The notes under the pieces: generated by a model
The model's input: the letters and a program-made list of their open reading frames with translations, nothing else
The model's database searches: none
Told to the model about the DNA's origin: nothing
Part shown: positions 47,371-61,797 of the stretch, piece after piece
How the letters are laid out: every line of letters starts with the position of its first letter
How positions within the stretch are numbered: the stretch's first letter is position 1
Origin: Rhynchopus sp. YZ270_cl-10
Taxonomy: Eukaryota
DNA: 64,000 bases
NCBI GenBank assembly: GCA_964035575.1
Contig: OZ037834.1
Span: 1,116,001-1,180,000, forward strand
Direction: 5' to 3'
Position numbers and translations under genes: made by a program

Positions 47371-48798
47371 TCACCCCAGCAACCTATCCACCTTGCCTGC
47401 AACACGCCCACGCTGTCGTGCAGCTGCGTCCTCTTTCTCTTCCTCATCTGCATCGACCGTATGCACCGGTTCTGCTTCCACCTTCGCCTCCTTCCTCCGT
47501 CTCCCCTTCACTAAGGCTGTATAGTTGAGCTGTCTTGGAGTGCACAGGGCATGCTTCTTGGACATCTCTTTTACGAAACGTGCGGCACGTTGTTTGTCCC
47601 CTCCACCTGCGTAGATGGCAACCATCACTGTTGCGAAGAAGGCGATGTCGAAGGCACGGCCCAGGGTGGTGCGTGCCTCCTCATACAAGGCGTCGACCTC
47701 TGCTAAGAGTGTCGCCACCTCGCTGTCTGCTGCGTACTGCATGTAGCCTTCGTAGCATCTGAGGAGCGAGTGTGTCATGTGTGCGCTGGCGGTGGTTGTT
47801 ATGCCGAAGTCCTGTGCGCGGGAGACGATGCGTTTTGCGGAGGGTAAGTCAGCTGCGCGTGCTGCGGTGGTTAAGAGGATGGTCCAGTCCTTCTCGGTGA
47901 CGGCTGTGGTGCTTTTCTGTGGGGAGAGGACCAGAAGTGCGTCGAAGGCTTCGCTAGCAGAGCAGAGGTCGCCGCGCTTAGATGCGCCGCAGAGCTGCCG
48001 TCGCAGCACCGAGGCGCTGCGTGTGTGGCGGCGTGCGGCCATTGCCTGGAGGAATAAGGTGCGATGTGTAGAGTCCGACAGACGAGACAAAACAGTGCCA
48101 AAAAAAATGTCGTCCGGAACAATGCCAAAGTCCCGCATGACCTCCAACAACGACGCACACAGCGCCCCCTCCCCATTCTCGATCATCACCAAGGCGAGCT
48201 CGTTGAGGAACTGCAGGGTCGGCCGTTTCTTTGTCTTTTTGAAATACGTTCTGAGACGGGTACGATCCCCTGCGCGGGCATACACAACAGGGATTGTGGT
48301 GTGCGCGCCGGTCCCATGGTGGTAGCCTGCAGCAAACATACGGTCGGCAAGGACGACCGCGTCACTGAGGCGGTTTTGCTTGCGCAGCATGTCGAGAACG
48401 AAGGAGAGGGTGAAGCGGCCCACCTCCCAACCCTCTTTCGAGAGACGGCGCGCCTCTGCCACGGGGTCTGCTGTGTGGTCGAGCAGACACCTCTCCTTCA
48501 GGTGTGCAGCAGCAGCAGCGTCGTGCCGGGTGTTCGTCACATTATCACCGGGATGCGCATCAAAGTTCCACTCCACAAGACCTGCGTCGGTGTTACGTTG
48601 TGCTCTTGTGGCAGTAATAGGTGGGATCGCCTCAGCTACAATATCTGCAATGTCCACTGTGCGATCCCCCTGGCCAAAGGTGGGGACAACGCGCGTTGGT
48701 GGGGGTGTAGGTGTTGGTGTAGGTGGTGGTGGTGTCCGTGTCTCTCCTGCCCCCGCAAGCGAACAACATCGCCTTGCCGCCACTATTGCCACCCGCAT
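47371..48798 (-). CDS. Pentatricopeptide-repeat-like protein, probably mitochondrial (about 475 aa)
   Basis: Arg/Ala-rich N-terminus MRVAIVAARRCC; PPR-like repeats such as ASLLEVMRDFGIVPDDIFFGTVL and WTILLTTAARAADLPSAKRIV. Confidence 0.82.
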   Translation of the reverse strand: MRVAIVAARRCCSLAGAGETRTPPPPTPTPTPPPTRVVPTFGQGDRTVDIADIVAEAIPPITATRAQRNTDAGLVEWNFDAHPGDNVTNTRHDAAAAAHLKERCLLDHTADPVAEARRLSKEGWEVGRFTLSFVLDMLRKQNRLSDAVVLADRMFAAGYHHGTGAHTTIPVVYARAGDRTRLRTYFKKTKKRPTLQFLNELALVMIENGEGALCASLLEVMRDFGIVPDDIFFGTVLSRLSDSTHRTLFLQAMAARRHTRSASVLRRQLCGASKRGDLCSASEAFDALLVLSPQKSTTAVTEKDWTILLTTAARAADLPSAKRIVSRAQDFGITTTASAHMTHSLLRCYEGYMQYAADSEVATLLAEVDALYEEARTTLGRAFDIAFFATVMVAIYAGGGDKQRAARFVKEMSKKHALCTPRQLNYTALVKGRRRKEAKVEAEPVHTVDADEEEKEDAAARQRGRVAGKVDRLLG

Positions 48799-49477
48799 TG
48801 AAACAGAGGGGCGGGGGGTGGTGGGGTGTCCTGTTGAGGCGTTGGTTGGATGTGGTAATGGGGTGGAGTGTAGTGGTTTTAATGTCTGGTGACGGTAATT
48901 CTTGCGCAGAATATGGCCCTTAAGAGGGGTGGGGATAGTGTCGCCTTTCGACACAGAAGACGTTGCAAAAAAGAAGTGGGCAAGTGATGGGGGGGAACTA
49001 TCTTTTTGTGTGGCTTTTTTCTTTGCTCCTCGAGTCAGACAATGGAACATTCTTGCATGAGACACACACTCAAGTGGGTGACGGGGACACGTAACTCACA
49101 AGAGTGGGTTTTTCTCGGTTTGCCTTTTTTGTTTGGGGCGGGGGGGCGAGGGGGGTGGGGAGGAAAGGGGGGGAAAGGGGGTTACCCATCTTCCATAGCT
49201 CTCACCGTTATGATTTTTTTCTGTAGTTTTCGACGAAAGTTCTTTTGTGGAGCCGGGAAGGAAAGGTGGGGGGGTTTAGGGGAGGGGGCTTACAAAAATA
49301 AATAAAAATTGGTACGATGACCCGAAGCCTCTCCTGCTTAGTCACCTTTAAGAAAAATGGGGGGGATAGGGGAAACGGGGCTTTTCTTGTTTACTTTTTT
49401 GTATTTTGTTTGTATTTTTTTGTTTGTTTGTCTTTTTTTTGTCTCTCTGGTGCTGTTCACGCCAAAGAGGGGTGTGC

Positions 49478-50977
<1,500 letters not shown>

Positions 50978-51076
50978 TCAGATTTTTCCCCATATTTCTA
51001 CGTTGTGTGCTCAGGTAGTTGTAGCTTCGGCACGTTTGCAAGCCATCATCCGTACAAACCAATCCCTGTTGTCGGG

Positions 51077-51149
51077 GTCCGACACGACCTCCCAGAACTT
51101 GGAACCGATCTGGATACCACCGCACTGCCCTCACTGGATCGATACAACG
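51077..51149 (-). pseudogene. Degenerate duplicate of the first ~25 codons of beta-tubulin
   Basis: GACACGACCTCCCAGAACTTGGAACCGATCTGG is identical to 50745-50777, followed by indels. Confidence 0.85.
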
Positions 51150-52283
51150 AACAATCTTGAGAAACACCTCTGTGGCCCACCATAAAGCATCTCCTCCGAG
51201 AACAGCAAACAGTAGGGGGCTTCACGCTGTACAATGGGAGGAATAGTGGAAATGAAAAACTGAAAAGGGTATGGGGCGGTGTGGTATCTTTTGCTGGTTG
51301 AAGCAAGTAGAAACAAACCTTTTTTTTTTTTTTTTGAAACAAACTGAACATAACACATGCAATGCAGCGAGGCCGAAAACGGATGAAGATGGGTCAGGCT
51401 GAAAAACGCATCTGAGGCGTATTTGGGATTACTTACGTAGTGACCGGGCTCATATTTTCAAAAATTTAAGTGGTCAAAAAATTGTCCAATTTTTGAGATT
51501 GACCCCACCACTTTTTTGTCAACTTTTTTTCAGGCAAAACTTTTTTTTTGCGCGCGCGCACGTTTTTTTCCCAGGGTCAGCGAGCGGGAAACGAAAAAAA
51601 AAGTCGAGCTACCCTAAACCAAGTCAAAAAGTTGAAAAAACACACCTAAAAACACATGGCAAATCGTCCGGTCAGCCGCACCATTTTAGGCACTTTTTGC
51701 ACATAGAACCTCCTGTGTTGCCAAACAAGGTCAGCCAAAAGGTGTCCTGTACTACCTGGGTACCTGCCCAGGCACCACCCAGACTTCGCCACGTCACAAC
51801 TCTTCACAACTCTTCACAACTCTTCACAACTCTTCACACACACATTTTTTGTGAAGAGTTGTGAAAAAGTTGTGAATTGAAATGAAAATTTGTATTTTTC
51901 GATACCCCGGAACACACCAACCATGTCGTTAAAAGTTGTGAAAACTTGTGAAGATATGTGAAGTCAAAAAACTAGACGATATCATCCGCCAACTGATCTT
52001 GATAACAATAAAAATATAACAGTGTTTTTCGTTGAACGCAGCTCGTCGATCTCGTCGATCTGCATGTCGCTACCTTCGCTCATAATAAAAAAGGGTGGTA
52101 GTGGGGTGGTAGTGGTAACGGGCAATGAATTTTTTCGTTGAACGCAGCCATAGGGGTAAAAATCTGTTTGGCGCAAGGTGAAAGGAATCAAGGGGAAATA
52201 CTGTTATACAAGATCTGAACGTTGGCTTTCTTTTTGTCTAGTTTCTTAATACACTACGTGTTTGGAAAAAAAATGTACTTCTA

Positions 52284-52480
52284 ATGGTAGCTGAAAGGGG
52301 GGGGGAGGGAAAAGTGCGAATCAGCCCACAAAAAAATTTTCCCCGCCTTGTAAAAGTTGAACACTGTGGATCTGTGTATCTGTGTACCTGGTACACAGGT
52401 ACACAGACACAGTCAGCAAGACAACACAACATGGTAAAAGTGCGGGGAAAGTGCGAATCACCCCCCTTCAGTCACACCAT
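52284..52480. mobile_element. Short MITE of the same family as 53098..53647
   Basis: Ends ATGGTAGCTGAAAGGGG / CCCCTTCAGTCACACCAT; ATGTACTTCTA occurs on both flanks, 3 nt away on the right. Confidence 0.7.
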
Positions 52481-52853
52481 CTCATGTACTTCTAATGTGG
52501 GGTGGGAAGCACTATCAGACATGATTTTCGGTACACTTTGAAAAATCATGAAAAACGCGTAAAAAAAACGCAACAGTCAGGTCATTTTTTGCATTTTTGC
52601 ATGTTAGGCCCAAAAAAAAGTAAAAGAATGCCCTTCCTCAGTCCGGAAGTATCACCTCAACCGGTCACCTGCCGTAAAAGAGAGAGGGGTTACAGAACTA
52701 TTCGAAAAGAAAGAATTAGATTCATATACTTTCATTTCACAGAATTGAAAGTATGTGAGAGGGTCAACACATGCACCCTTTCTTAAAACAGGGTTTTATC
52801 TCCTTATATGTTAGTGGTCCCTAGACCGGGTAAAATAAAAAAAAAAAATATTT

Positions 52854-53723
52854 AGGGCTTAGTTATTTTTTTTTTTGGTACGCGTCCGGGACCCCCCTCA
52901 AATTTTGAGCGCGCGCGCGCAAAAAAAAATAAAATACCAAAAAAAAATAACTTGTTTTGGCCTGCAAAATCAATGTTGTGCCCAAAAAAAAAATATTTCG
53001 AAAAAAAATATTCGAAAAAAAAATTGTTGAAATTTTCCAACTTTTTTTTTTATACTTTTCCATGCACACCACACCGGCATATTTTTTTTTATTTTTTATG
53101 GTGTGGCTGAACGGGGGGGAGCATAAAGTGCGGAAAAGTGCTGAAAAAGTGCGGAAAAAGTGCGAATAGGTGCGGAAAAAGTGCGGAAAAAGTGCGGAAA
53201 AAGTGCGGAAAAAGTGCGGAAAAAGTGCGAATCAGCCCCCAAAAAATTTTCCCCCACCTTGTAAAAGTTGAACACTGTGTACTGTAGGTACTGTAGGTAC
53301 TGTAGGTACTGTAGGTACTGTAGGTACTGTAGGTACGGTTTTCGCACTTTTTCCGCACTTATTCGCACTTTTACCATGTTGGCTTGCTGACTGTGTCTGT
53401 GTACCTGTGTAGGTACACAGGTACACAGTACCTACAGTACACAGTATTCTGTGGGTACCTACCGTACCTGTACCTGTGTACCTGTGTGCCTGTGTATTTG
53501 GCAAAGACAGTCAGCAAGCCTACATGCTAAAAGTGCGAACAAGTGCGGAAAAAGTGCTGAAAAAGTGCGGAAAAAGTGCGGAAAAAGTGCGGAAAAAGTG
53601 CGAGAAAGTGCGGAAAAGTGCGAATCAGACCCCTTCAGCCACACCATTTTATTTTTTATTTTTGGATTTCCAAAAATTTGAGCGCGCGCGGACGCGTACC
53701 AAAAAAAAAAATAACTAAGCCCT
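52854..53723. mobile_element. TIR element hosting a nested MITE
   Basis: TIR AGGGCTTAGTTA(T)nGGTACGCGTCC / GGACGCGTACC(A)nTAACTAAGCCCT. Confidence 0.75.
53098..53647. mobile_element. MITE with a 10-bp TSD (Mutator-like), containing AAAAGTGCGGA and ACTGTAGGT arrays
   Basis: TIR ATGGTGTGGCTGAA / TTCAGCCACACCAT; TTTATTTTTT on both flanks (low complexity, so weak TSD evidence). Confidence 0.75.
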
Positions 53724-54429
53724 TACCCGGTCTGGGAAAAAAAAAAATAACCACCCGGCCAGGCCAAAAAAAAAACAAAATGATATATCTTGGGGGTACC
53801 TCACACAAGCCTCTAAGAGTGACCAGAACTGGCCTCATGAACAAAGTGACCCCGTCACAGCCAGAACGCGACTCAATTGGTCAAACGCCGAAGGAAAAGG
53901 AAGCATGCAGCATGGCGAAAGGAAAAAAGTAGCGTACCGTGCGCCTGCGGCGCAAGATTACAAGCCACCCATGACATAATTTGGCTGTAAAATGTGCAAT
54001 TTTAAGCACAATATTTTGAAATGTTGCGTACCGTGGCTTCGCCAGGAACCTTTGCCATGGCTGCCGTTTCTTTTTGTAGATGTCAATACGAGGAAACGCC
54101 CGCACGCTACCGACCTGACATGATTTTATTGCTTATTCCGCAAAGGTGGGGAACGTGAGATGATATGCAATATGCGAGTGAATGCAGCAGTTTTAACGGT
54201 TTACCGGGACATTTTCGCCGGAGGCGAAAAAAAATTTTTGACCACTTTTTTGCCAGACCGGGTAGACCGGGTAAAATTTTAAAATGTTTTTTCAAGATAA
54301 AACCCTGTCTTAAAATAAAAAAAAAAAAAAACAAAGAAAAAAAAAAGGCACTAATCCAGTGCCGGACGTTGACGATTTAAAATATTTTCTGGGACACACC
54401 TGTGCCGTTTCTGAGCACAGAGAGCATTT

Positions 54430-54786
54430 TTAATTACTAAATAATTTTCGGACAGGCTTCGTTAGGAACATGGCACTCCCTACAAACATATTATAGCTGC
54501 TCTGCACAGTGATCACCAACCTGGCCCCCTGCCTAGCACGCCACTGTGCAATGCACATCCGCAACTCCACGTCGCTGCCCAACCTGATGACGTCCCCCTC
54601 ATCATCTTCGTACGTCAAATAAAACCACTTGCCAAACCCTAGCCACTGCTGCACCTCCTTGTACACATCCTTAAACACTGGGTTCTCAAGCTCCGTGACG
54701 CGTTTCTGCACCACCTTCCCTCCGCACCTCTCTGTGAACTTGATTGGCACGAAGGCACCTCCTAGAGGAGGTGCGCTTGCTTGCAT
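54430..54786 (-). CDS. Stand-alone PB1 domain protein, pair 2 copy a (118 aa)
   Basis: MQASAPP start, VPIKF, LTYEDDEGDVIRLGSDVEL. Confidence 0.8.
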   Translation of the reverse strand: MQASAPPLGGAFVPIKFTERCGGKVVQKRVTELENPVFKDVYKEVQQWLGFGKWFYLTYEDDEGDVIRLGSDVELRMCIAQWRARQGARLVITVQSSYNMFVGSAMFLTKPVRKLFSN

Positions 54787-54983
54787 GGTGACGTGGTGGT
54801 GTGGTGTGGTATGGTGTGGTCTGGTATGGTGTGGTGTTCTGTGTAACTTGCCAACAGCGCTATATAAGCACAAGCCTCAATCAGACGAGCCTCCTGATAT
54901 GAGAGTGAGGCAGGTGTGAGAGGACGGGACAGGGTGAATGCGGTACAAAGAAAGGGCCCCTTTTCTTCATTCTGTAATATATC

Positions 54984-55431
54984 CAGGGTGTTTCCTAATT
55001 TGCTTCCGCTTCCGGGGATTTGGAAAAAAATTGCGGGAAAAAATTAGGGGCGTGTTTAAAGTGCTTATTTTTTGGTATTTTTCCGAAAAAAGTATGTTCG
55101 CTGTTCTGGATCGCTCCGGTCATTCAAATAAAGCAGTTTTCGGGAATTTTTATTTTCACCGATGTTGGGTACCGTGCGCCTGCGGCGCTGCCTGTTCCTA
55201 CCAGTTTCTACAGGCAAACACTTGGACCCCTTTCCCTTACACTGACGGGTTTTGACCAACACCAAGAACTTGGCCATTTCGGCAAAGTGACCCCACCACA
55301 GCGCGGACGGATTCCAGAAATGCCAATTGCGGCATGTTTTGGGGCTGAAAACCCACTTTTTTTCCAGGAAAAAAATTTGCTTCCGGATGTCGGAATTTTC
55401 CGGAAAATTTCCAGAATTAGGAAACAGCCTG
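54984..55431. mobile_element. hAT MITE with an 8-bp TSD
   Basis: TIR CAGGGTGTTTCCTAATT / AATTAGGAAACAGCCTG; TSD AATATATC at 54976-54983 and 55432-55439; empty site in the paralogous segment near 56750. Confidence 0.9.
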
Positions 55432-56021
55432 AATATATCCTGGGGCGAGTGGGGGACACATGCGTAAGAAGCCTGTCTTTTCTAAAACTTGATACCCGAG
55501 GACGCTCCACTATACCAACTGCTGTTAGTGACTCCTGATGAACACAATAATATCTCCCCCCCTTCTTTTTTGTTTACAGTTAACGTATTGGTCTTGTCGG
55601 ACCTGAGAAAACATGTGTACGTTGATCATGCACACACGCCCTTGCACCAACGATGAGACAAGTTAAGCCTCTTGTGCTTAGTTTCGTGTACCTTTTACAT
55701 TAAAGGACAGCCATACAGACAGCACACCCTTCCCAGGGTGTGGCAGGGTCCTTTGCTAAAAGCGGGACTCTGGCTTGACTTTTCTTTTTTTAAATCCTAG
55801 AACTAGACACGAAACACCCCTCCCCCTCCCCTCCGCTCCTCACCAATGAAGAGTTAGTAGTCACCCACATTTATAAAGAAAGGCTTGACTTGAAATACAA
55901 GAGCCCTCTCGTGAACAGTATACCTTGGTACAATGACCGGTGTACCGGGTGGACCCCCAACCATGCAGTCCTCCTACATCTATTTGTTCGTGGTTTACAT
56001 CTGAAAAAAAGAGTTCCAGCT

Positions 56022-56486
56022 TTAAACTAGCTTTAAAAAACAGAGGAACAACGGGCCCATCAGAATTACCATGGACAGGGAGGAAGCTGTAGGGTGACAG
56101 GGCGCCAGCAAGCTTAACACAGAGTGTTTAGGAATACCAAACAGGTTATAGTAGCTGTGCACAGTGATCTCTAACCTAACCACCTTCGCAGCACGCCTGC
56201 CCACAGCGACCGCCTGTCTAGCATGCCTGACCGCAACATGCCACTGCGCAATGCACACCCGCAACTCCACGTCGCTGCCCAATCCAACGACGTCACCCTC
56301 ATCATCTTTGTATGTCATATAATACGACTTGCCAAACCCTAGCCACTGCTCCACCTCCTTGCACACATCTTCAAACACTGGGCTCTCAAGTTCCGTGATG
56401 CGTTTCTGTATCATTACCTCGTCGCACCACTCTGTAAACTTGATTGGCACGAAGGCATCAGCCGGAGGGGGTGCGCTTGCTTGCAT
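56022..56486 (-). CDS. Stand-alone PB1 domain protein, pair 2 copy b (154 aa)
   Basis: Duplicate of 54430..54786 including upstream DNA; MTYKDDEGDVVGLGSDVEL. Confidence 0.78.
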   Translation of the reverse strand: MQASAPPPADAFVPIKFTEWCDEVMIQKRITELESPVFEDVCKEVEQWLGFGKSYYMTYKDDEGDVVGLGSDVELRVCIAQWHVAVRHARQAVAVGRRAAKVVRLEITVHSYYNLFGIPKHSVLSLLAPCHPTASSLSMVILMGPLFLCFLKLV

Positions 56487-57049
56487 GGTGACGTGGTGGT
56501 GTGGTCTGGCAGGGAATGGTGTGGTATGGTGTGTGGTTGATGCTTCGTGAGGATAATTTTTGCGCAGAATATGGTATGGTATGGTGTGCTGTGGTGTGCT
56601 GCGCAACTTGCCAACAACGCTAAGCCATCCTTAAGCAGACAAGCCTCCTGATATGAGAGTGCGGCAGGTGTGAGGGGAAGGGGAGGTGTGAAGTGTATAG
56701 TCACGTTAGGTGAATTTGGAAAGAAAGCGGCTATTCTTTTTATTTTTGTAATATACCCTAGGGCGAGTGGGGGACACATGCGTTTGGAATGATAGTGTAG
56801 GAACAGTGTCATTGTCAAAGCAAAAACAAACCATTGAAAAAAAAAAAAATACTGTTTCCTTTGTATGGAAAGAGAGAGACATAACAAAACACAGAAAAAC
56901 ACACACACATACACACACAGCTTGGGATAACCCACACCTGTTCTCAAACACACACACTTTGGGGCCATATTCTACGCAAGAATTACCCCTATTAGTTATC
57001 AGACACACACAAAAAAAAATATATCAGCCATTCCATGAAATTCCGTATA

Positions 57050-57905
57050 CTTTTGCAAAAAAGTCACTCAGAGAACCCAGATGCAAATTTTTTATCGTCC
57101 GACCCCGCATTTGATTCATTTTGACTCCCCGGATCCGAGAATATTTTTTTGAAAAAAAAATATAAAAAAATCCCATCCGAGGATGTGTGGGAGAGCTTCG
57201 GGGTCCGGCTCTCCCAGTGATCTCAACAATTTCGCAGTCACAAAAACCCCCCAAAACCCCGCTAGTCTGAATTTCCGAGCTCGGCGCTTTTCATTAAAAA
57301 AAAAAATCGAGAAGATTAGTGGAGTAGAAGTTGTCTACTTTTTTTACCATGGGTAATTTTGCACTATAGCTATAAATAGCAGGGTAAATTACCTTGGAAA
57401 ATGGGGTGTTCGCCGCTAGTATACGGTAGTACCCTGGTCGCCTTCTGCGTCTACCCGTTGGTCGTACGACCCCGGAATTGCAAGATATTGCAATGCATCT
57501 TTCAAACGCGTGCTTGGGCAATTTATTTTTTGACGAAAGCGTGGCCTTAAAATATAGAGGAATTCCTCTGTAAAAGGGGCACCATAAGGCACTTCCTAGT
57601 AGGGACCTTCCGCCTAAGAACTGCCCAAAAAATAATAGACATCGACAGATGCACAAAAAAAATCGTCCGACCCCGGAATTGAAAGATTTCGTACCCGATC
57701 TTCCAAAAAAAGAGAAAAAATATTTTTTTTGGGGACCTGGGGCCCTGTTAAAATTATGTGGTCACGGACGACATCGTTTGCGGAAATATAAAGTATTTTT
57801 TTGTTGTCGAAAATGCGCTAGTCTGAATATCCGAGCTCGGCGCTTTCAAATAAAAAAAAAATCGAAAAGATTAGTGGAGTAGAAGTTGTCTAGTATTTTT
57901 ACCAA
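57050..57905. repeat. Repeat element with an internal ~85-bp direct repeat
   Basis: GCTAGTCTGAAT...GATTAGTGGAGTAGAAGTTGTCTA at 57261 and 57817; GATTAGTGGAGTAGA also at ~39159. Confidence 0.6.
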
Positions 57906-59061
57906 TAACAGGGGTTTTGTATACGGTTTTTCATGGAATGGCTGATATATATGTATACACAGAAGACATTGTGGCGGGCCTTTGTAAGGAAGAAGAACAA
58001 AACTGGCAGAGCCACATTTCCAAAAAAGAAACTAAACCGCATTTGCTCACTCATTTTTTATGGTACTCACTTATACTACATCTTGTGTCGTTTTGTTTTC
58101 GTTGATTGCAGCTTTGTTGTTGAGTACCAAATGAGTTGTGCATACTTATCGGTTTAGCTTCTAATCCACTTCGTGCAAGAAGAAAAAAAAACATGTGGTT
58201 GATTTGCGAGGTGAGAACTATCTATTTGGGTTTTTCTTTTAGTGATTATTTTACTTTCAAAAAAAAGTGTTTCCTCAATTCACACAATTGCATGAAGCAC
58301 TTTAAAAAAAAGGCCCACTTTTTTCCCTCCATTCTACGAAGAGTTGGGGTTACTGTTGTTGCCTCATTTTAAAAAAACGTTTATTTTTGAAAACTGTTGA
58401 CCCACCCAGAGAGCATGGTGCATGGCAACAAGACAACCACAACCCTCGACCTCAATTATGCATAGATCAGGACAGAAAAACACCACAATACCCCCTTATG
58501 TAGAAAAAGGTGTTGTGTGGGTCAGAAGGGCCGTCCTGTGTATACGTATTCGGCAGAGATTGGGAAGGGAGGTTAATGGGGGGGAAAATGGTTCGAAAAA
58601 AATTGGGTGATTCTCTCTGTATTGCTTTGGCTTTTGTTTTTTTGTGCCGAAAAAAAAGCAGAGATCGGGAGGGGACAAAGAATGGGCATTAATGCAGGCA
58701 CACCTCCGACTGACCCCCGATGCAGGTCATCCGGATGAATGCGCAAAAAAATGCGGAAACTTCTTATGTTGGTCTCTCACCCCCAAAAGAAAAGGTGTAA
58801 GAAACGCCGTTTTCTTTTTTAAGGCGAGCATACACATATTTAAAAGAGAGAAGTTGAAAGTGCAAAACGCCTCACTGTTCATCGGCGGACGCAGGGGCAC
58901 TGGTTCTCCACGGGTTTTCACACTTCAGAGATCACTTCAGTGGTAAAAAAGAAAATAAGATGACTGTAAGCTTGTGCAAAAAACACTTGAGATGAAGGAG
59001 CCTAAAAAAGAAGGCGCACATCTCAGAGTAAAAGTAAAGACAAAAAAAAGAAAAGCAAATA

Positions 59062-59510
59062 CAGTTGGACAAGAAACTTGGCGACCAAAAAAATTGGCGA
59101 CCAAATAACTTGGCGACCAAATAATATTGGCGGATTTTGGGGGTTTTCTTGTAATTGGCGACTTTTTTGGTCGCCAATATTACTTGGTAGGACAGTGGTT
59201 CTTAGTAACATTGGTTGGGAAGTAGCTTTTTTCGCAATTTTTGGTAAAGTTTTTGTGCCTCCCTTCGACTCACCATGTGTATTCTTGGGTGGCGTGCGTG
59301 AGTGCGTGGCGCGGAGCTAATGTTCGACTTTCTTGAAAGATACGCTGCACCTGGTGCACTGAAGGGGCACCTTTTTTGTACTTGTGACTATTGTATCAAT
59401 AAGAACCGCTTTCCCACCAAATAACTTGGCGACCAAAAAATATTGGCGGATTTTGGAGGTTTTCTTGCAATTGGCGACTTTTTTGGTCGCCAATATTACT
59501 TGTCCAACTG
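59062..59510. mobile_element. Tc1/mariner-type MITE
   Basis: TA|CAGTTGGACAAG ... CTTGTCCAACTG|TA; repeated TTGGCGACCAAA subterminal motifs. Confidence 0.85.
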
Positions 59511-59834
59511 TAATAAAAACGCTCATTTGGTCCTTAGGCAAACGAGGTGTACACAAATTGAGTGTGCAGAAGTCAGGGGTGGCTCTAAGTTGAGCCAAAA
59601 ACCCCGATTTTGGCCGAGGTGCCAATGACTTTTTTCTGTACAAATGCCACACGTAAAAAACTCCCGGAAACCCATTCCGAGCTTTCCGGTCGGTGCGTTG
59701 GCGGGGCATCTCCCCTCATATTTTTGAGAGGGGTTTTTCGGGGGTGGGGGTTGAAGAAGGGGAAAAATGAGTCAAATAGGAGAACGTGCTCTGGAGGAAC
59801 AGTTTGTGCATGACGTTGCTACGGACAAGACAAC

Positions 59835-60730
59835 GTGAAACCCGAAGCTAAAAAGAGAAACGGGGATTCCTTCTCGGAGAGAGATTTGCTGTGGGGGAAC
59901 GGGATCGTTCTGCGTGGTAAAGATGCCGCCAACAGACGTCGTGAACACGTGACGCAACATGCGTGCCATGCAAGAGCTGTTGAGTTGCAGAGTGAGTCTG
60001 ATCTGCCGACCAGGTCCAAGCTGGCTCCGTTTCTCCCCCTGTCTCGTACGAAAACACCGTGTGATCTTTCTCCCGAGGAACGACGTGGCCTCGAACTCGT
60101 GGCACTGAACGTGCACATGCTTAGCGATCTTGGTGTTGGCCTGGAATCTCTCGAAACCACCTTTGCTTACGATGACCGGAAGCAGCTGAACGGGACCTTG
60201 GAGACACACTGTTCCCGCTATTTTGGGAGGGACGTGTTGCGGGAGATGAGCGACCTCACTGAGGAGTACAGTGCTGCACGGGTGCGACAAATGAAGAGGG
60301 GCGTTCTTGTGACAGACGGAACAACGTTCGGACGAACCGATTGTTGTGCTATATACATCCGTGGTATTTGCCCCCAGATTGGTCAGGTCGTACACGTGTT
60401 TGTGGGATTGGTCGACCTGGACAGCGCCGATGCAACCGGACACGAGAACGGAATAAAGTCCTTGCTCAGGAAACGCAATCTCACTGCAGAAGTGTCCCTG
60501 TGCGGACTCGTGTCTGATGCCGCTCCTGTGATGTGCAAAACTGCCGAAGATTTGCGCCGTACTTTTCCGAATCTCATCCACCTGACGGACATTGCTCACA
60601 TGCACGACAACGCTGTAAAAAAAATAAGAACACTTGATCCCGTCCTCATCCATGGCAGGAAGCTGAGGGGTTGGTTTGCCACCATGAGCTCCTCGACGAA
60701 GTTGCAGAAGACGTTCTGTGCGCGTTTAAA
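59835..60730 (+). pseudogene. Truncated hAT-superfamily (DUF659-like) transposase fragment
   Basis: LVTDGTT (first Asp), LVSDAAPVMCK (second Asp) and FPNLIHLTDIAH (CxxH position); the reading frame then enters repeat DNA. Confidence 0.8.
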
Positions 60731-61133
60731 GAATTTTTTTTGGGGGCCGGTGGGTGGGGGCTCCGCCCCCCACCCCCACCCCCCCCCCCACCTCCCATGT
60801 GGCAAAAGTCCAGAAAAAATATTTTGCCTGTGGCATTTGTACAGAAAAAATATTTTTTTTACGTGTGCCACCTGAATTAGCTGGGTGTTGGGAGGTGTTG
60901 GGAGGTGTTGGGAGGTGTTGGGAGGCGTTGGGAGGTGTTGGGAGGCGTTGGGGGGCGTTGGCGGGCGTTGGGAGGTGAGACACTTTTTTTCCCACCGGCG
61001 TGAGCCTTTTTCTCGTTGGTGAAGTTTTTAAACACCTGCATTGTCATTTCCGGAATCCGTCCTCGCTGTGGTGGGGTCAATTTGCCGAAATGGACAAGTT
61101 CTGAGTACATACGTGATCAATTTTCTTACACTG

Positions 61134-61797
61134 CACAGTATACACAGTAGACACAGTATACACAGTATACACAGTATACACAGTATACACAGTATACACA
61201 GTATACACAGTATACACAGTATACACAGTATACACAGTATACACAGTATACACAGTATACACAGTATACACAGTATACACAGTATACACAGTATACACAG
61301 TATACACAGTATACACAGTATACACAGTATACACAGTATACACAGTATACACAGTAGACACAGTATACACAGTATACACAGTATACACAGGGGATTGGGA
61401 GTTCAGTACAGTACAGTACAGTACAGTACAGTACAGTACAGTACAGTACAGTACAGTACAGTACAGTACAGTACAGTACAGTACAGTACAGTACAGTACA
61501 GTACAGTACAGTACAGTACAGTACAGTACAGTACAGTACAGTACAGTACAGTACAGTACAGTACAGTACAGTACAGTACAGTACAGTACAGTACAGTACA
61601 GTACAGTTCTCGTTTTTGGTCAATTTCGGCACAGTACACAGTACACAGTACACAGTACACAGTACACAGTACACAGTACACAGTACACAGTACACAGTAC
61701 ACAGTACACAGTACACAGTACACAGTACACAGTACACAGTACACAGTACACAGTACACAGTACACAGTACACAGTACACAGTACACAGTACACAGTA
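61134..61797. repeat. Three adjacent satellites: (CAGTATACA)n, (CAGTA)n and (CAGTACA)n
   Basis: 9-mer at 61134-61390, 5-mer at 61404-61606, 7-mer at 61630-61797. Confidence 0.98.

Noticed and set aside
59772..60653. 293-aa minus-strand ORF
   Set aside because: Antisense to the transposase fragment, which carries the recognisable motifs.
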